Shown here: positions 13,519 to 26,614 of the stretch, piece after piece | Position numbering within the stretch: the stretch's first letter is position 1 | Layout of the letters: each line of letters opens with the position of its first letter | DNA from: Octopus vulgaris | Taxonomy: Eukaryota | Direction: 5' to 3' | DNA: 64,000 bases | Assembly (NCBI GenBank): GCA_951406725.2 | Contig: OX597835.1 | Location: 33,356,001-33,420,000 of the forward strand | Notes under the pieces: model-generated | Database searches by the model: none | Told to the model about the DNA's origin: nothing | What the model saw: only the letters and a program-made list of their open reading frames with translations | Made by a program: the position numbers and the translations under genes

Positions 13519-13700
13519 GTGGCGAGATGGCAGAATCGATCACACATTCGACAAAATGCTTAGCAGTATTTCGTCCGTATGTACGTTCTAAGTTCAAATT
13601 CCACCGAGGTCGACTTCAACTTTCATCATTTCGGGGTCGATAAAATAAATTACCAGTCGAGCACTGGGGTTAATAAGTTTCAGGCCTTGTGCCTATTGTA
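13519..13700 (+). mobile_element. SINE family A copy
   Basis: gtggcgagatggcagaatcg...gttcaaattccaccgaggtcgact. Confidence 0.85.
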
Positions 13701-13711
13701 TCATCATCATC

Positions 13712-13783
<72 letters not shown>

Positions 13784-14062
13784 GTCATCATCGTCATCGT
13801 CAATCATCAATCTTCAAACATCATCATCAGTCATCCGTCATCAATCATTACTCATCAGTCATCAGTCATCAATCATCAGTCATCAATCATCACCACTCAT
13901 TGATCATCAATCATCAATCATCAACCATCAATCATCAACCATCAATCATCAACCATCAACCATCATCATCATCATCATCATCATCCTCATCATCATCATC
14001 ATCATCATCATCATAATCGTTATCATGATCATCATCATCATTATTATAATCATTGTCATTAT
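13700..14062. repeat. (CAT)n microsatellite degenerating into ATCA/ATCAATC units
   Basis: Read directly. Confidence 0.9.
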
Positions 14063-14573
14063 TCAGTAGTTTTATCTTTATCATGTGCTTTCACTGCGTT
14101 ACCGGGTGCAGCTGTGTGCCTTGGGTATGTGCTGTGGTTTCGTTGTGATGCTCTTGTGATGACCTTACATGGGATGTGTGTGGTGCCTACTTGTGCTATC
14201 TTCTGTATGTTATATATGCTTGTTAGTCAAAGTCGTACATACATACATACATACATACATACATACATACATACATACATACATACATACGTATATGTAT
14301 ACATTGCAGTACTTAATAATGCAAATTACATTGCGTAATTTAATTAGTGTTATATCTATATTTAATTCTTGTATTCACACACGCACACACATACGTAAAC
14401 ACACACAAGCACTCACACGTTGATTTATATATGCATATATATAAATACATATATATATATATATATATACATATATCTATAGATACATATATACACAAAC
14501 ACACATATAAATATACATATATGAAATATATATATATAATATAGATAGAATATAGTATATTATATACATAAAT

Positions 14574-14653
<80 letters not shown>

Positions 14654-14843
14654 ACACGTGAGTGTCATTTTATAGTAAGTATTTTATTATTTTCTGTGAT
14701 ATTCTGATTTATTACATTGTGATATGCTGCACGTATTATGTGATAGTCTGCGTGTAAATTAGTTTACTGTGTATATTATAATTCAAGTTTTACGGATATT
14801 AGATGCATACATATGCATATACATATGCATATATATATGTATT

Positions 14844-14874
<31 letters not shown>

Positions 14875-14954
14875 TATCTATAAATACATACATATATATA
14901 TACTGTTAAATATATATGTACATAACCATATCTGCATATACATATAACCATACG

Positions 14955-14985
<31 letters not shown>

Positions 14986-15269
14986 GGGGTAGATTTGCTC
15001 GTCTAAAAGGCGGTGCTCCAGCATGGCCGCAGTCAAATGACTGAAACAAGTAAAAGACAGTAAAGAGTAATAGTAACTATATTACCTGTAGAAACTACAT
15101 TACAATACTTGGAGCAGAGAGGTCATGTCATTGATTAGTAATCGACTAATATACAAATAAAGAAGTGAAACAGTACCCATCCGTGTGTTTATTGCAAGCA
15201 TAATGACCTTCCCGAGACATAACGAAATACATTGTAACTGTTATCATATATACGTAGATATGTAGATAC

Positions 15270-15464
15270 TTGTTTCAATTGTTTCAGTCATTTGACCGTG
15301 GCCATGCTGGTGCACTGCCTTTAGTCGAGCAAAACCACCCCAGGACTTATTTTTTGTAAGCTAGTACTTATTATATCGGTGTCTTTTGCCGAACCGCTAA
15401 GTTACGGGGACGTAAACGTAACGGCATTGTCAAGCGATGTTTGGGTGGATAAACACACACACAA

Positions 15465-15542
<78 letters not shown>

Positions 15543-15714
15543 GCATATATACGACGGGCTTCTTTCAGTTTCCGTCTACCAAATATATTCACAAGGCTTT
15601 GGTCCGCCCGAGGGTATAGTAGAAGACACTTGCCCAAGGAGCCACGCAATGGTACTGAACGCAGAACAATGAGGTTCGTAAGCAAGCTACTTACCACACA
15701 GCCACTCCTACGCC
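15270..15714 (-). mobile_element. SINE family B, complete copy with internal (CA)n(TA)n
   Basis: Reverse complement of the 9380-9790 structure. Confidence 0.9.
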
Positions 15715-15729
15715 TTGTTTACCTCTCAC

Positions 15730-16072
15730 TTCTTTCAGCCATTAGACTGCGGCCATATTGTGGTATCGCCTTGAGGAATTTTAGTCGAATCAATGGAACC
15801 TACTCCTATTTTTTAAGTATGTTTCTTACTCTATCGGCTCTTTTACTGAACTGTTAAATTACGGGAACGTAAACATATCAACACCGGTTATCAAACAGTG
15901 GTAGGGAACAAACAGAGGCACAAACACACACACCACAGTCTCCGTCTACCAAATCCGCTTACAAAGCTTTGGTTGGCCAGAGGCTATAGTATAAAGCACT
16001 TGCCGATGGGGACTGAACCCGGCACCGTGTGATTGAAAAACACACTTCTAACCGCACTGCTACTCCCGCGTC
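15730..16072 (-). mobile_element. SINE family B, older diverged copy
   Basis: tctccgtctaccaaatccgcttacaaagctttggttggccagaggctatag...gggactgaaccc. Confidence 0.75.
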
Positions 16073-16867
16073 TATGTGTCTATCTTCTTAATAACTTTCA
16101 TAATAATATATTATAAAATTAAAACAGAATTTATAACTATTAACTTCCTAATAATACTTTCACTTGGTATATTATTCTTCAATAATTTAATTGCTAATTC
16201 ATATTCATTCTAACACGTCCTAATCTATTGCATTACTTTCAACTAAATATCGTACATCACTATTAAAACCAAATCTCTGTACAAGTGCATCATATCTAAA
16301 AATCTCCTTACATACAATAACACGAATAACATTAATTTTAAATAGGGGTTACATCCACTAATTCCCTATTGCTTTAATACAATATTATTACATTTACTCA
16401 GCCTATCAAGTTAAGATGATCACAAATCAACTATTCTAACTTAATCAAATATTATTATCATTTATCTAAGTAATCTAATATTGATTCTTACTATGTGGAA
16501 TTAGAAATTATTATTTTCCATTTTAATCTAAAATTTGATATTCTCTACTTTGTTGTATTATATAGTATTGCTGCGTATTGTTTTGTATGAACACTTAATT
16601 ATACTTTATCATGTTATATTTTATGTCGGTTTTAAGATATATATGTGTATCATTTGCAATGTTGCTAATGGTCTGAAATGTACTGTGTGAGCTGTTCTTC
16701 GTATTAAGCATTTAAGATACTGCTCCCTATTACAATAGATAACATTATTTATTGTCATAAACGAACATAAAAATGAATGCACTAGGAATGAGTAATATAC
16801 ATATTGATACATACATACACACATATATAGATATTGATATAGATATGAATGCATGCACATAAATGTT

Positions 16868-16899
<32 letters not shown>

Positions 16900-17339
16900 C
16901 ATATGCATGTTTGTATATATTTGTATAAAGATATATCTATACAGATTTACATATATATATATATACATGTATGTATATATGTGTGTGGATGTATGTACAT
17001 ATACTACATATACTCACATATATAACAATACTATGTATGTATGTATTTGTATAAAGATATATCTATACAGATTTGCATATATATATTCATGTATGTGTGT
17101 GTGTGTGTGTGGATGTATGTATTTATACATATACACACATATATAAGTATACTATATACACATACATTTTCATACACATGTACTGATTCATGCATTACAT
17201 ACATCTAAACACTTGCATGTAAATATATATATATGCATACTTATATTCAAATACGAATTGATACAGACACATATACATACAGATATATGCCTATATATAT
17301 TTACATACCAATGCATACACATATACATACAAATTCAGG

Positions 17340-17960
17340 AAAATATCTGATGGAGTTTTGCCAGAGCCTTTTTGTATGTTGGAAGAAAAGCATCAGGGCC
17401 TAGCACTGAGTTCAACCTCTTCTCATTCATTGCCGATGTTACATTTTTCTTTTCCGTGCGATGTAATGGTGGTGACACCTCCTCAGTGTAGGGCAGCAGT
17501 GTTGAAGAACTTCAAATTTATTTATTTACATATCTTCTGGCGGAGGTTAACGGAAACACTGGACTTATTTAATATTTCAATTATTTATTTGGCGTATGCA
17601 GGCTGTAAGCTATGTTCCCATCAGAGAATGGCCCTTTATCACAAGGCAACAAATCGAATTCTATTACAGAAATACTGACGGCCTAAAGCTTCGTTTTTAT
17701 ATTTTATGCCCTGGTTTCTAGGTCTTTCTTCTTCTATTCATGGAGAGAGAATAATCTATTTTCAGTCTCTGAAAGTACGTCTTCTAAATGAACTCCTAAC
17801 CATCATATCTCATTCCATCCATTCTCTCCACCCAATATTCATGGGAGGGTCGTGTGGAGGTGAATCTTCCTGTACTTCTCTACAGATATAATTGTCAATA
17901 CAATTTCCAGCTGGATTGCCAAATGTGGCTACCTGAGTCAATAGATATTATCCCACTATT
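17340..17960 (-). pseudogene. Possible highly decayed non-LTR retrotransposon ORF fragment
   Basis: Minus strand near 17350-17420 reads RLNSVLGPDAFLPTYKK, reminiscent of the SAPGPDG...YK motif preceding LINE RT domains; no other motif confirmed. Confidence 0.25.
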
Positions 17961-18041
17961 TCGTTGTTGGTCTACCCATAGGTCTCCAGCCAATTCACCT
18001 GGCTTGAAGAATATGTTTTGTGATTCTTTCTTGCGATATCC

Positions 18042-18480
18042 GGATCTTTTCGGTTTGAACGGCAGTTTTTTCTAGCGATGGCATATGAAATTGTCACACA
18101 TAATTATGACCCTAGAATCGATCTATTGCATTTCAATCTCTTTTAGGGTTAGGATTACTTAGGGTTAGTTAGGGTGGGTTAGGGTGGGGGGGAGGGTATC
18201 TTTTTTCTTCACAAATGTAAATAAACCCAATCTGTTTCTTAAACGAGGGACATATTCATACGGCACAGAATGCTTTTTAACTCAATAGACGTCAGTGATT
18301 GGTTGAAATTGCAGAAATTGAAGAAAAAAACAACAAATATCTTACAAACTATAGAATTTTCCCAATAAAGCCAAGAAAAAAAAGATGTTTTATAAACACA
18401 TTCTACCAATATACGAAGTTTAAAATTTTTTAGTTACCTAGAAATTATGTTAAAAACTGCCGTTCAAACCGAAAAGATCC
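18042..18480. mobile_element. Complete MITE with perfect 29-bp TIRs, 8-bp TSD and internal telomere-like TTAGGG units
   Basis: TIR ggatcttttcggtttgaacggcagttttt / aaaaactgccgttcaaaccgaaaagatcc; flanks cgatatcc and cgaaatcc (7/8 match). Confidence 0.9.
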
Positions 18481-19095
18481 CGAAATCCTAATCACGTGTC
18501 CTTAGTGCCGACGCTATGATCTCTCAATGTGTCACAAGCTGTCATTAAGACGTATATTTAAGCGATTCGATATCTTAATACTTCGTCCTATAATGATTCT
18601 CTTCTCTCTAAGGAGAATGATTTTATAGGTATTTGTTCTTATATTTATATTTAGGTCAATTTGAATGCGAACAGATAGCATTTTAAAAAAATTAATTTTA
18701 TAAGTCTCATGTCCTTGTCCTGCTTAGATATATTTGCGAACGAATGTTGTTTCAGAATTATTTTTTAATCAATTTCCAGATAGCTTTGTACAATTTCAGG
18801 TCGGAGACTGTCCGAAATTTCAATTTTCTTTAGGCCATATATTATTAGTTTTTGTATGGCATATGAAGACGAGTAGCTAGTAGCTACATCGTTGCACGCA
18901 CGATCTTGCGATTGTGATTTCGATACCCACACCGGTCGATACGTTGTGTTCTTGATCAAAACAATTAATTTCAAGTTGCTGTGCGATCCCTTTGACATGT
19001 GACGTGTGGGGTACACTCTATCACGTACGAAGTCAATGTCGATGTGATAGAGAAAGTGACTAAATGTATAGAGCAAACATTTAATCATTGTAAAC

Positions 19096-19208
19096 CAGCC
19101 GTGGCTAACCTCGGCAAACGGGTATTTCTGAATGGCTCAATTAAGGATAAATTACCATGAAATTTTCAGTAGTGCGGCCCGCATCTCGGAAAAGGTCGCT
19201 TATGCCTG
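19096..19208. mobile_element. hAT-type MITE remnant
   Basis: cagccgtggctaacct ... gcggcccgc ... aggtcgcttatgcctg; flanks ttgtaaac / ctataaat. Confidence 0.5.
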
Positions 19209-19735
19209 CTATAAATAAATCATCTGTGCAGGCTTTTCAGCAAAAAACTCCGAAGCCCTCATCGGAGGTTTACGACAGAAGACTCCATGGCTTGAAAAAA
19301 AAACCGTTGATATCATCTTCACATTGTGGTTGAGTTACATGTTATTAGTGAAGCAAAGTTTCAAGATCTCGGTTACTATGGAATTATTGAGTAGTAATTC
19401 TGCTTCATTTGGTTTATCGCTTGACTTTCATCATATTATGATACTTAAGACCACTTGTGGTTGCGCGATTTCCATTCACGCAACGGAATCGAATTGGTTT
19501 AGTTTCCATCTTCCTTCATCAAATTTACCATCGTGGTTTAAATCCTTGAGTGGAATGTAAGATGTACATATTGTTGAGCAGGCGTGGCTGTGTGGTAAGA
19601 AACTTGCTTCCCAACCACGTGTTTCGGGTTCAGTCCTCCTGCGCAACACCTTGGGCAAGTATCTTCTACTACATCCCCGTGCCGATTACAGCCTTGTGAC
19701 TGGATTTCTTAACCGGAAACTGAAAAAAGCCCGTC

Positions 19736-19800
<65 letters not shown>

Positions 19801-19833
19801 AATGTAATATGTGACTATTATTCAGCAGTCAAT

Positions 19834-19892
19834 ATAAAACTCTGAGTTTCGGACGCCGAGGTGGAAATCCGCGCCAACATCTCTTCAGTTAT
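19834..19892 (-). ncRNA. Type-I hammerhead ribozyme motif
   Basis: ataa-CTGAAGA-gatgttgg...tcggcgtc-c-GAAActc(a)gagTT-ttat: stem I ataa/ttat, stem II, near-loopless stem III. Confidence 0.65.
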
Positions 19893-19902
19893 CGATGGCC
19901 GG

Positions 19903-19961
19903 ATAACTAAAGAGATGTTGGCGTGGATTTTCACCTCGGCATCCGAAACTCAGAGTTTTAT
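19903..19961 (+). ncRNA. Type-I hammerhead motif with G5A substitution (CTAAAGA), probably inactive
   Basis: ataa-CTAAAGA-gatgttgg...tcggcatc-c-GAAActcagagTT-ttat. Confidence 0.55.
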
Positions 19962-20060
19962 GTTGACTGCCGAATAATTGTCACATATTACATTTACAGA
20001 TGAATTCCTCTATTTTCATAATATCGAGGTCTCTCTATTTCTTTTATCTTACCGTTTCAA

Positions 20061-20147
<87 letters not shown>

Positions 20148-20825
20148 ATCACGTGATCGGCCAGGTTATCAGATGTTGCTACACATCGCTGGTCACAATG
20201 CGCTTCGCATTGTTTTAGACTTCAAATGACGCCACCCCGCTGGCTAAGCGAGTAGGCCATATATATATATATGCGTGTGCGTGAGTGTGTGTATCTATGT
20301 GTGAATGTCTCTGACTTAATGTGTTTGTCTCTCCGGCATCGCTTGACAACCGGTATTGGTATGTTCACATCCCTGTAACTTAGCGGTTATGCAAAAGAGA
20401 CCGATAGAATAAGTACAAGACTTTTTTTTAAATTCCTGGTTTCAAATTGTTCGACTAAAACACTTCAAGGCTGTGCTCCAGCATGGCCGCGGTCAAATGA
20501 CTGAAACAAGTAAAAGAATAAAATAATATATGTACAATTTGTGTGTCACAGCACGAAGATGAATGTAAGAGCTGGGATTACGAAATGACGCCTCAATTGC
20601 CTCTCGTGTCTTTTTCTTTCCTGTCGGTAGAAAACGTTTTTTCCAGTTTTACGTTCTGAATTCAAATACCGCCGGCGTCGACTTTTGTCTGCTTTCACTT
20701 CGGGGTCGATAATATAAGTATGAGATGAAAGCTGTGGTCGATACAGTTGATTAGTCCCTTCCACCAGTAATTTAAGGCCACGTGCCTGTAGAAGAAAGAA
20801 ATATTATTAGTCGTCAAAGTCACTG

Positions 20826-20878
20826 TAGTAGTAGTAGTAGTAGCAATAGTACTAGTAGTAGTAGTAGCAGCAGCAGTG

Positions 20879-20936
<58 letters not shown>

Positions 20937-20974
20937 CAATAGTACTAGTAGTAGTAGTAGCAGCAGCAGTAGTA

Positions 20975-21024
<50 letters not shown>
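20826..21024. repeat. (AGT)n/(AGC)n/(GGT)n compound microsatellite with a duplicated higher-order unit
   Basis: agcaatagtactagtagtagtagtagcagcagcagt occurs twice. Confidence 0.9.
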
Positions 21025-21025
<1 letters not shown>

Positions 21026-21102
21026 AATTGTGTTAATCTGTGAATTTAACTGGCATTTCTGCTGATATACTTCCACTTCCATATTACATATACATACATA
21101 CG

Positions 21103-21161
<59 letters not shown>

Positions 21162-21183
21162 ACATATATATATGTATATATAC

Positions 21184-21245
<62 letters not shown>

Positions 21246-22069
21246 GGATATTAGAATCACATAAAATAAACAAAAAGATCTGAAACAAATATCCATATAT
21301 TTCGAAATATTTATTTCGGTCTTAGGCTCTCTGGAAATAATTTATTTCTTATCACACCTCATGGCTGGCTCCAATAATGCAATTATTAATGGACACCAGA
21401 GCATAATTATATTTTCGATAGGAATATTTTGCTGTTAACATATACAATTGTAACGAAATCTTATAGAAAAACAGTGAGTATGTGTAGCATAGCGCGATGG
21501 CTGACTGTATAAAACTGTGGCTTTTCGCAATACGATGGTTGTTAATTCTTTATAAATACAGAGGCAGAAAAGTACTGCAGTTCATGTTTTCCATCGATTT
21601 GTTTGTTTGATTTTTCTTTTAGGTTTGACCTCATATATCATAGATAGGAAACATCGAGAAAGAGGTTAGGAACTGAAGGACAAAAGAAGAGGAAATGAAA
21701 TATAATAATGAAATATAAAAGCAAGCATCGATAAAAATGAAAATGTCGATGCTGAGTAAAAATAAAGTATTGGATATGATATAAAACAAACAATTTTCTC
21801 TGAGTGATTTGCCATAATTGTGTCTGTAACTATTGGTTTTGAGTATCTGGGAATATGTTGGTCAATGATTAAGACACATCGGGGAGGTGCGTTTTTTATA
21901 CAAGAAATAAACTACCAAAACAATAGAAATGAAAAAGAAAAGAAACAGCTATTTGATATTTAACATGAAAATATCATTTAGTTCTAGTTAGACATTTGTC
22001 AGATTTGGAGGTAACAATGGAGGAGGTGGAAACTTGTTTGTGGTTTTTTAAAATTTTATTTTATCATCA

Positions 22070-22543
22070 TCATTATTATTTTTATTATTATTATTATGTT
22101 TTTTCCTTCTTTCTTCAAATTTTCTTCCATTTCTCGCCGAGTGTTTTCCATACACCTAGGGCAGAGAAGCTCATTGTAAGCATTCTCAGATTACACGCGC
22201 AAATTCACAAATAAAATATGCATTTAAAATTAATAAATTCATGCATGGATGTTGTTTTCACAATGATAATGCTCTTCTCAGTACGTGAGTCGTTCCAGTT
22301 AATACGATTTTTTGCACATCCTCTATGGATGGTAAGCCTAGAATCATTTTCAAATAGATTTCAGTACCTTTTTTTTATTATTCCTAGAGATCCTACAATC
22401 ACTGGTACTGTAGTCGCCTTGAGATTTGCCACATTTTTTCAATTTCTATTAGCAAGTCTTTATATTTACTTATCTTGTCGAATTCTTTTGCCGCTATTTT
22501 GTGATCGTAAGGAATATTCATGTCAATTAATAAACACATCTTT

Positions 22544-22548
<5 letters not shown>
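22070..22548 (-). mobile_element. 5'-truncated R4/Dong-like RLE non-LTR retrotransposon (endonuclease C-terminus plus 3'UTR) embedded in (TAA)n
   Basis: Minus translation KKMCLLIDMNIPYDHKIAAKEFDKISKYKDLLIEIEKMW, then after a frameshift TTVPVIVGSLGIIKK...VQKIVLTGTTHVLRRAL*; (TAA)n on both sides. Confidence 0.8.
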
Positions 22549-23180
<632 letters not shown>

Positions 23181-23526
23181 GAAACCGCGTTCTTACGACC
23201 GCCAGTCCACTGCCCTAACCACTGGGCCATTGCGGCTCCACTGTTGCTGTTGTTCGCGTCATTTTATTTTTGCTGGTGCCTTTTGTTCCCAGGTTATTCT
23301 CGATTGAGTACATTTGAGGTCAAAATCTTTCCGACCGTGACGCTCCATGCTGCCTCATTTTATTTTTTCTTATATAAAGCATATACAGTTTCATTATTCA
23401 TCTCGATCTTTCTTTTTCAAGACAAATGGTGACTTGCGAAATATCTTGCTGTTTCTTGTTAATCAAACGATCAAGTAGTTGTCACTTCTCTGCAAAAGCA
23501 GTCATGCCGATCGAATTAATATGTTA

Positions 23527-23680
23527 ATTCCGGTGGACCTCCATGGTCAGATGGATGCTACAGCACGCATTGTGGAGAGTAGAGAATAAGATGAAGAAGG
23601 TAACACATCTTAGTCATCCATTACGTTCGTCTCTATTCGCATTCTTCTTCACCTGATCTTGCCATTAGATTGATGTTGGT
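23527..23680 (-). repeat. Dispersed repeat, possibly a LINE (RTE-like) 3' end; diverged second copy at 25050-25240
   Basis: acatcttagtcatccattacgttcgtctct..ttcacctgatcttgccattagattgatg vs acatcttggtcatccactacatccgtctct..ttcacctaatcttgccactggattgatg. Confidence 0.55.
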
Positions 23681-23928
23681 CATATACTCTGCTCGTTATA
23701 CACAACTACACACTCACTTTCAAATCTGTCATTATGTGTCAGTAGAGGTCCATATTATATGATCGTAACGACACCAATGTGATTAGTTCTACAAGAGAGT
23801 AGTTCTACATAGTGCTTCTTAGTATAAGGGGAGTTCAAAGAGGCCAAGAGATAGTTAACGTGTGTTTGATTAATAACACAGAGACATCAACACAGATATA
23901 AAAATATTAAAACATATGCAAACATACA

Positions 23929-23995
<67 letters not shown>

Positions 23996-24095
23996 GTATG
24001 TATGTATGTATATATATATATATGTATATATATATATGTATGTGTGTATATATATATATATGTATATACATATATATGAATATATATATGTATGC

Positions 24096-24172
<77 letters not shown>

Positions 24173-25499
24173 GCAGCAATATTAATAAAGATTTATAAAC
24201 GATATTAACAACACGAACACATTAAAATACAAATAACATTTATCTTATAAAGAATTCAATGTGTAGATATGTATGTGTATATATGAATAACAATTTATGT
24301 TAAGTGTTTTCAATATTTTATGTTGTATACATTCATTTTATATAGCTTCTACTCATCATAAATATGAAGAAAATAACTACGCGTAGCATATATACCCATC
24401 TACTCCATCTTAAAAGCATAGAATATATTTTAATGCATAAAACGTATCCGCCATGGGGATGTTCCAACAAAAAATATATGTCAAAATAGAAATCTCCGGC
24501 AATTGGCAATACAGCATTAGGATATTTCTATCAAGTAAAAAAAAAAGAACAGAGAAATTCTGACCAACCAATTCTGTAGCAAGTTTTTCATTCGCTCTTA
24601 AAAGCATTTCCCTATTCTATCTCACTGATATTCTTTGATGAGATTTCAATTTGAACATTCCATTACAATGAACGCCTCAACATCTTTTTTTAAATCAACT
24701 AAATTAGACTAGTAGTAAATGTTTTATAATAGACATAAAATCATCAGTGGTTGGCCATTCGGAGGAAAATTCCGTGGCGTACATGTCAGTAGGATTGTGT
24801 TGTTATAGGAAATACTGGAAGCAAGAATTAAATGCAGAATGGATTGAGAGACTTGGCCTGAGTATGACTTTAAGCTGCATCCGGAGGTGGGACTCTGGTT
24901 CGGGAGGTCCAGAGGTTTTGAGGAGTGTGGAATCAGTTCTTAGTCACAATTATTCCCAGATCTATTTGGAGTGGTAGCACGTATCAAGATCTGAGATATG
25001 CGTTAATTAGCATATTAAGACTTGCAAAGGCAGGCAAGCCTTACTATGGCAATTCTGGTGGATCTGGTGAACTCAGTAGAAAGAAAACGTCCATGGTCAA
25101 ACGGGTGGGAAAGCGGCCACAGCACTCATTATGGTTAGTAGAGAGGAATATGAAGCAAGTAAGACATCTTGGTCATCCACTACATCCGTCTCTGTTCACA
25201 CTCGTCTTCACCTAATCTTGCCACTGGATTGATGATCGTTGCAGACATGAGTGAGAGGGTGACGTTGCGCAAATCTTCTTCACTTTAAACAAAATCAGGA
25301 AGCAACTCATCAGGCATATTTAAGAATGAGAATGAGAGACACTGTTAGAAGATATAAACCACTGACTAGCAGACTGGATGCGAACCATATTCTATATTCC
25401 TGGAACGATTTCAAAATAATCAACGAAATGGTTGGAAGAAGTCGGTACAACAAAACGACAACATATGAATCTGTTAATATAATAACCTCACATACACGT

Positions 25500-25878
25500 A
25501 GTACTCCGGCGGTTACGATGACGAGGGTTCTAGTTCATCCGATCAACGGAACAGCCTGCTCGTGAAATTAACGTGCAATTGGCTGAGCACTCCACAGATA
25601 CGTGTACTCTTAACGTAGTTTTCGGGGAGATTCAGCGTGATACAGTGTGTGGCAAGGTTGGCCCTTTGAAATGCAGGTACAACAGAAACAGGAAGAAAGA
25701 GTGAGAGAAAGTAGTGGTGAAAGATTTCAGCAGGGTTCGCCACCACCCCTTGCCGGAGCATCGTGGAGCTTTAGGTGTTTTCGCTCAATAAACACTCACA
25801 ACGCGCGGTCTGGGAATCGAAATCACGATCCTACGACCGCGAGTCCGCTGCCCTAACCACTAAGCCATTGCACCTCCG
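25500..25878 (-). mobile_element. SINE family C head fused to an alternative tail
   Basis: Head 25690-25878 matches 8725/34768; the 25500-25690 tail (ccgatcaacggaacagcctgctcgtgaaattaacgtgc on +) is unlike the other C copies. Confidence 0.75.
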
Positions 25879-26614
25879 CATCACATACACACATAGACAC
25901 ATATACGGGTATGCGTTTATGTGTGTGAGAGTGAGTGTGTGTATATGTATGCGTGTATACGTGTGTGTTTGTGTATGTCTGCCTGTCTCTGTGAGTGTGT
26001 TTATGTGTGCATTTTTAAGCGTGTGTATATGTGTGTGTTTTTGTGCATATTTGTGTATGCGTTTGTATAATAATAATACGATTTTTTTGTTCTTGGGCAG
26101 CAAGTGTTAACCCCTATTTGTTAACCCCTAGAATGTATGAAAATTGGTTAATATTTCTTTCAAACTTTGCGTTTGTTATATTTATTCAAACCCCAAAGAA
26201 TTCCCCTCAACACATGGCTATGATCATTCACAACTACTACCCATGATTAGAGACGCAGATATTGTGAGCCACTAAGGGACATTCTGAAGTGGTTAACGTC
26301 AAACAACTAACAAGCAAATCTACCATATTAAGCAGGAAATTTGGTATAACGATAGTTCTGCTTCAACAACTTAATGCTGAATCTGAAATGTAGTGGAAAA
26401 TAGGTCAGTTTCAAAACATTGATATCCAAGTCACAGAAGCAAAGTTTGAAGGGAATAGTAGTCATTTCCTTTGATTTCTAGGCAGAAGCAAATACGAAAT
26501 AACACTTACTGAGCAAACACAAAATAAAATGAAAATGTTGTTACACAGTGTAATAGTGAACTGTCTATGACTACCTCACAATTCTTACAAAAGTCATAGA
26601 TGTTGGGGCACTTA

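Larger units (their letters stand above)
19797..20063. mobile_element. Head-to-head inverted Penelope-like pLTR cassette (97-bp arms 19797-19893 / 19902-19998, 8-nt spacer)
   Basis: Arms differ at 7 positions; each holds a hammerhead motif; the + copy continues to 20063 and matches 30911-31083 (-). Confidence 0.8.
19579..20522 (+). mobile_element. SINE family B split by insertions into its internal (TA)n
   Basis: Head 19579-19737, tail ~20320-20522, with foreign blocks 19797-20063 and 20141-20258 between TA tracts. Confidence 0.8.

Noticed and set aside
18143-18195. TTAGGG repeats as a telomere or chromosome-fusion scar
   Set aside because: Few degenerate units, internal to a TIR element and present in its second copy
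21623-21664. Possible exon after ttttctttTAG (GLTSYIIDRKHRER)
   Set aside because: Weak donor (gttagg) and no recognisable homology
25255-25320. Minus-strand CTGATGA-gttgc...gcaac-gtc
   Set aside because: No GAAA and no stem I pairing; too incomplete to call a hammerhead
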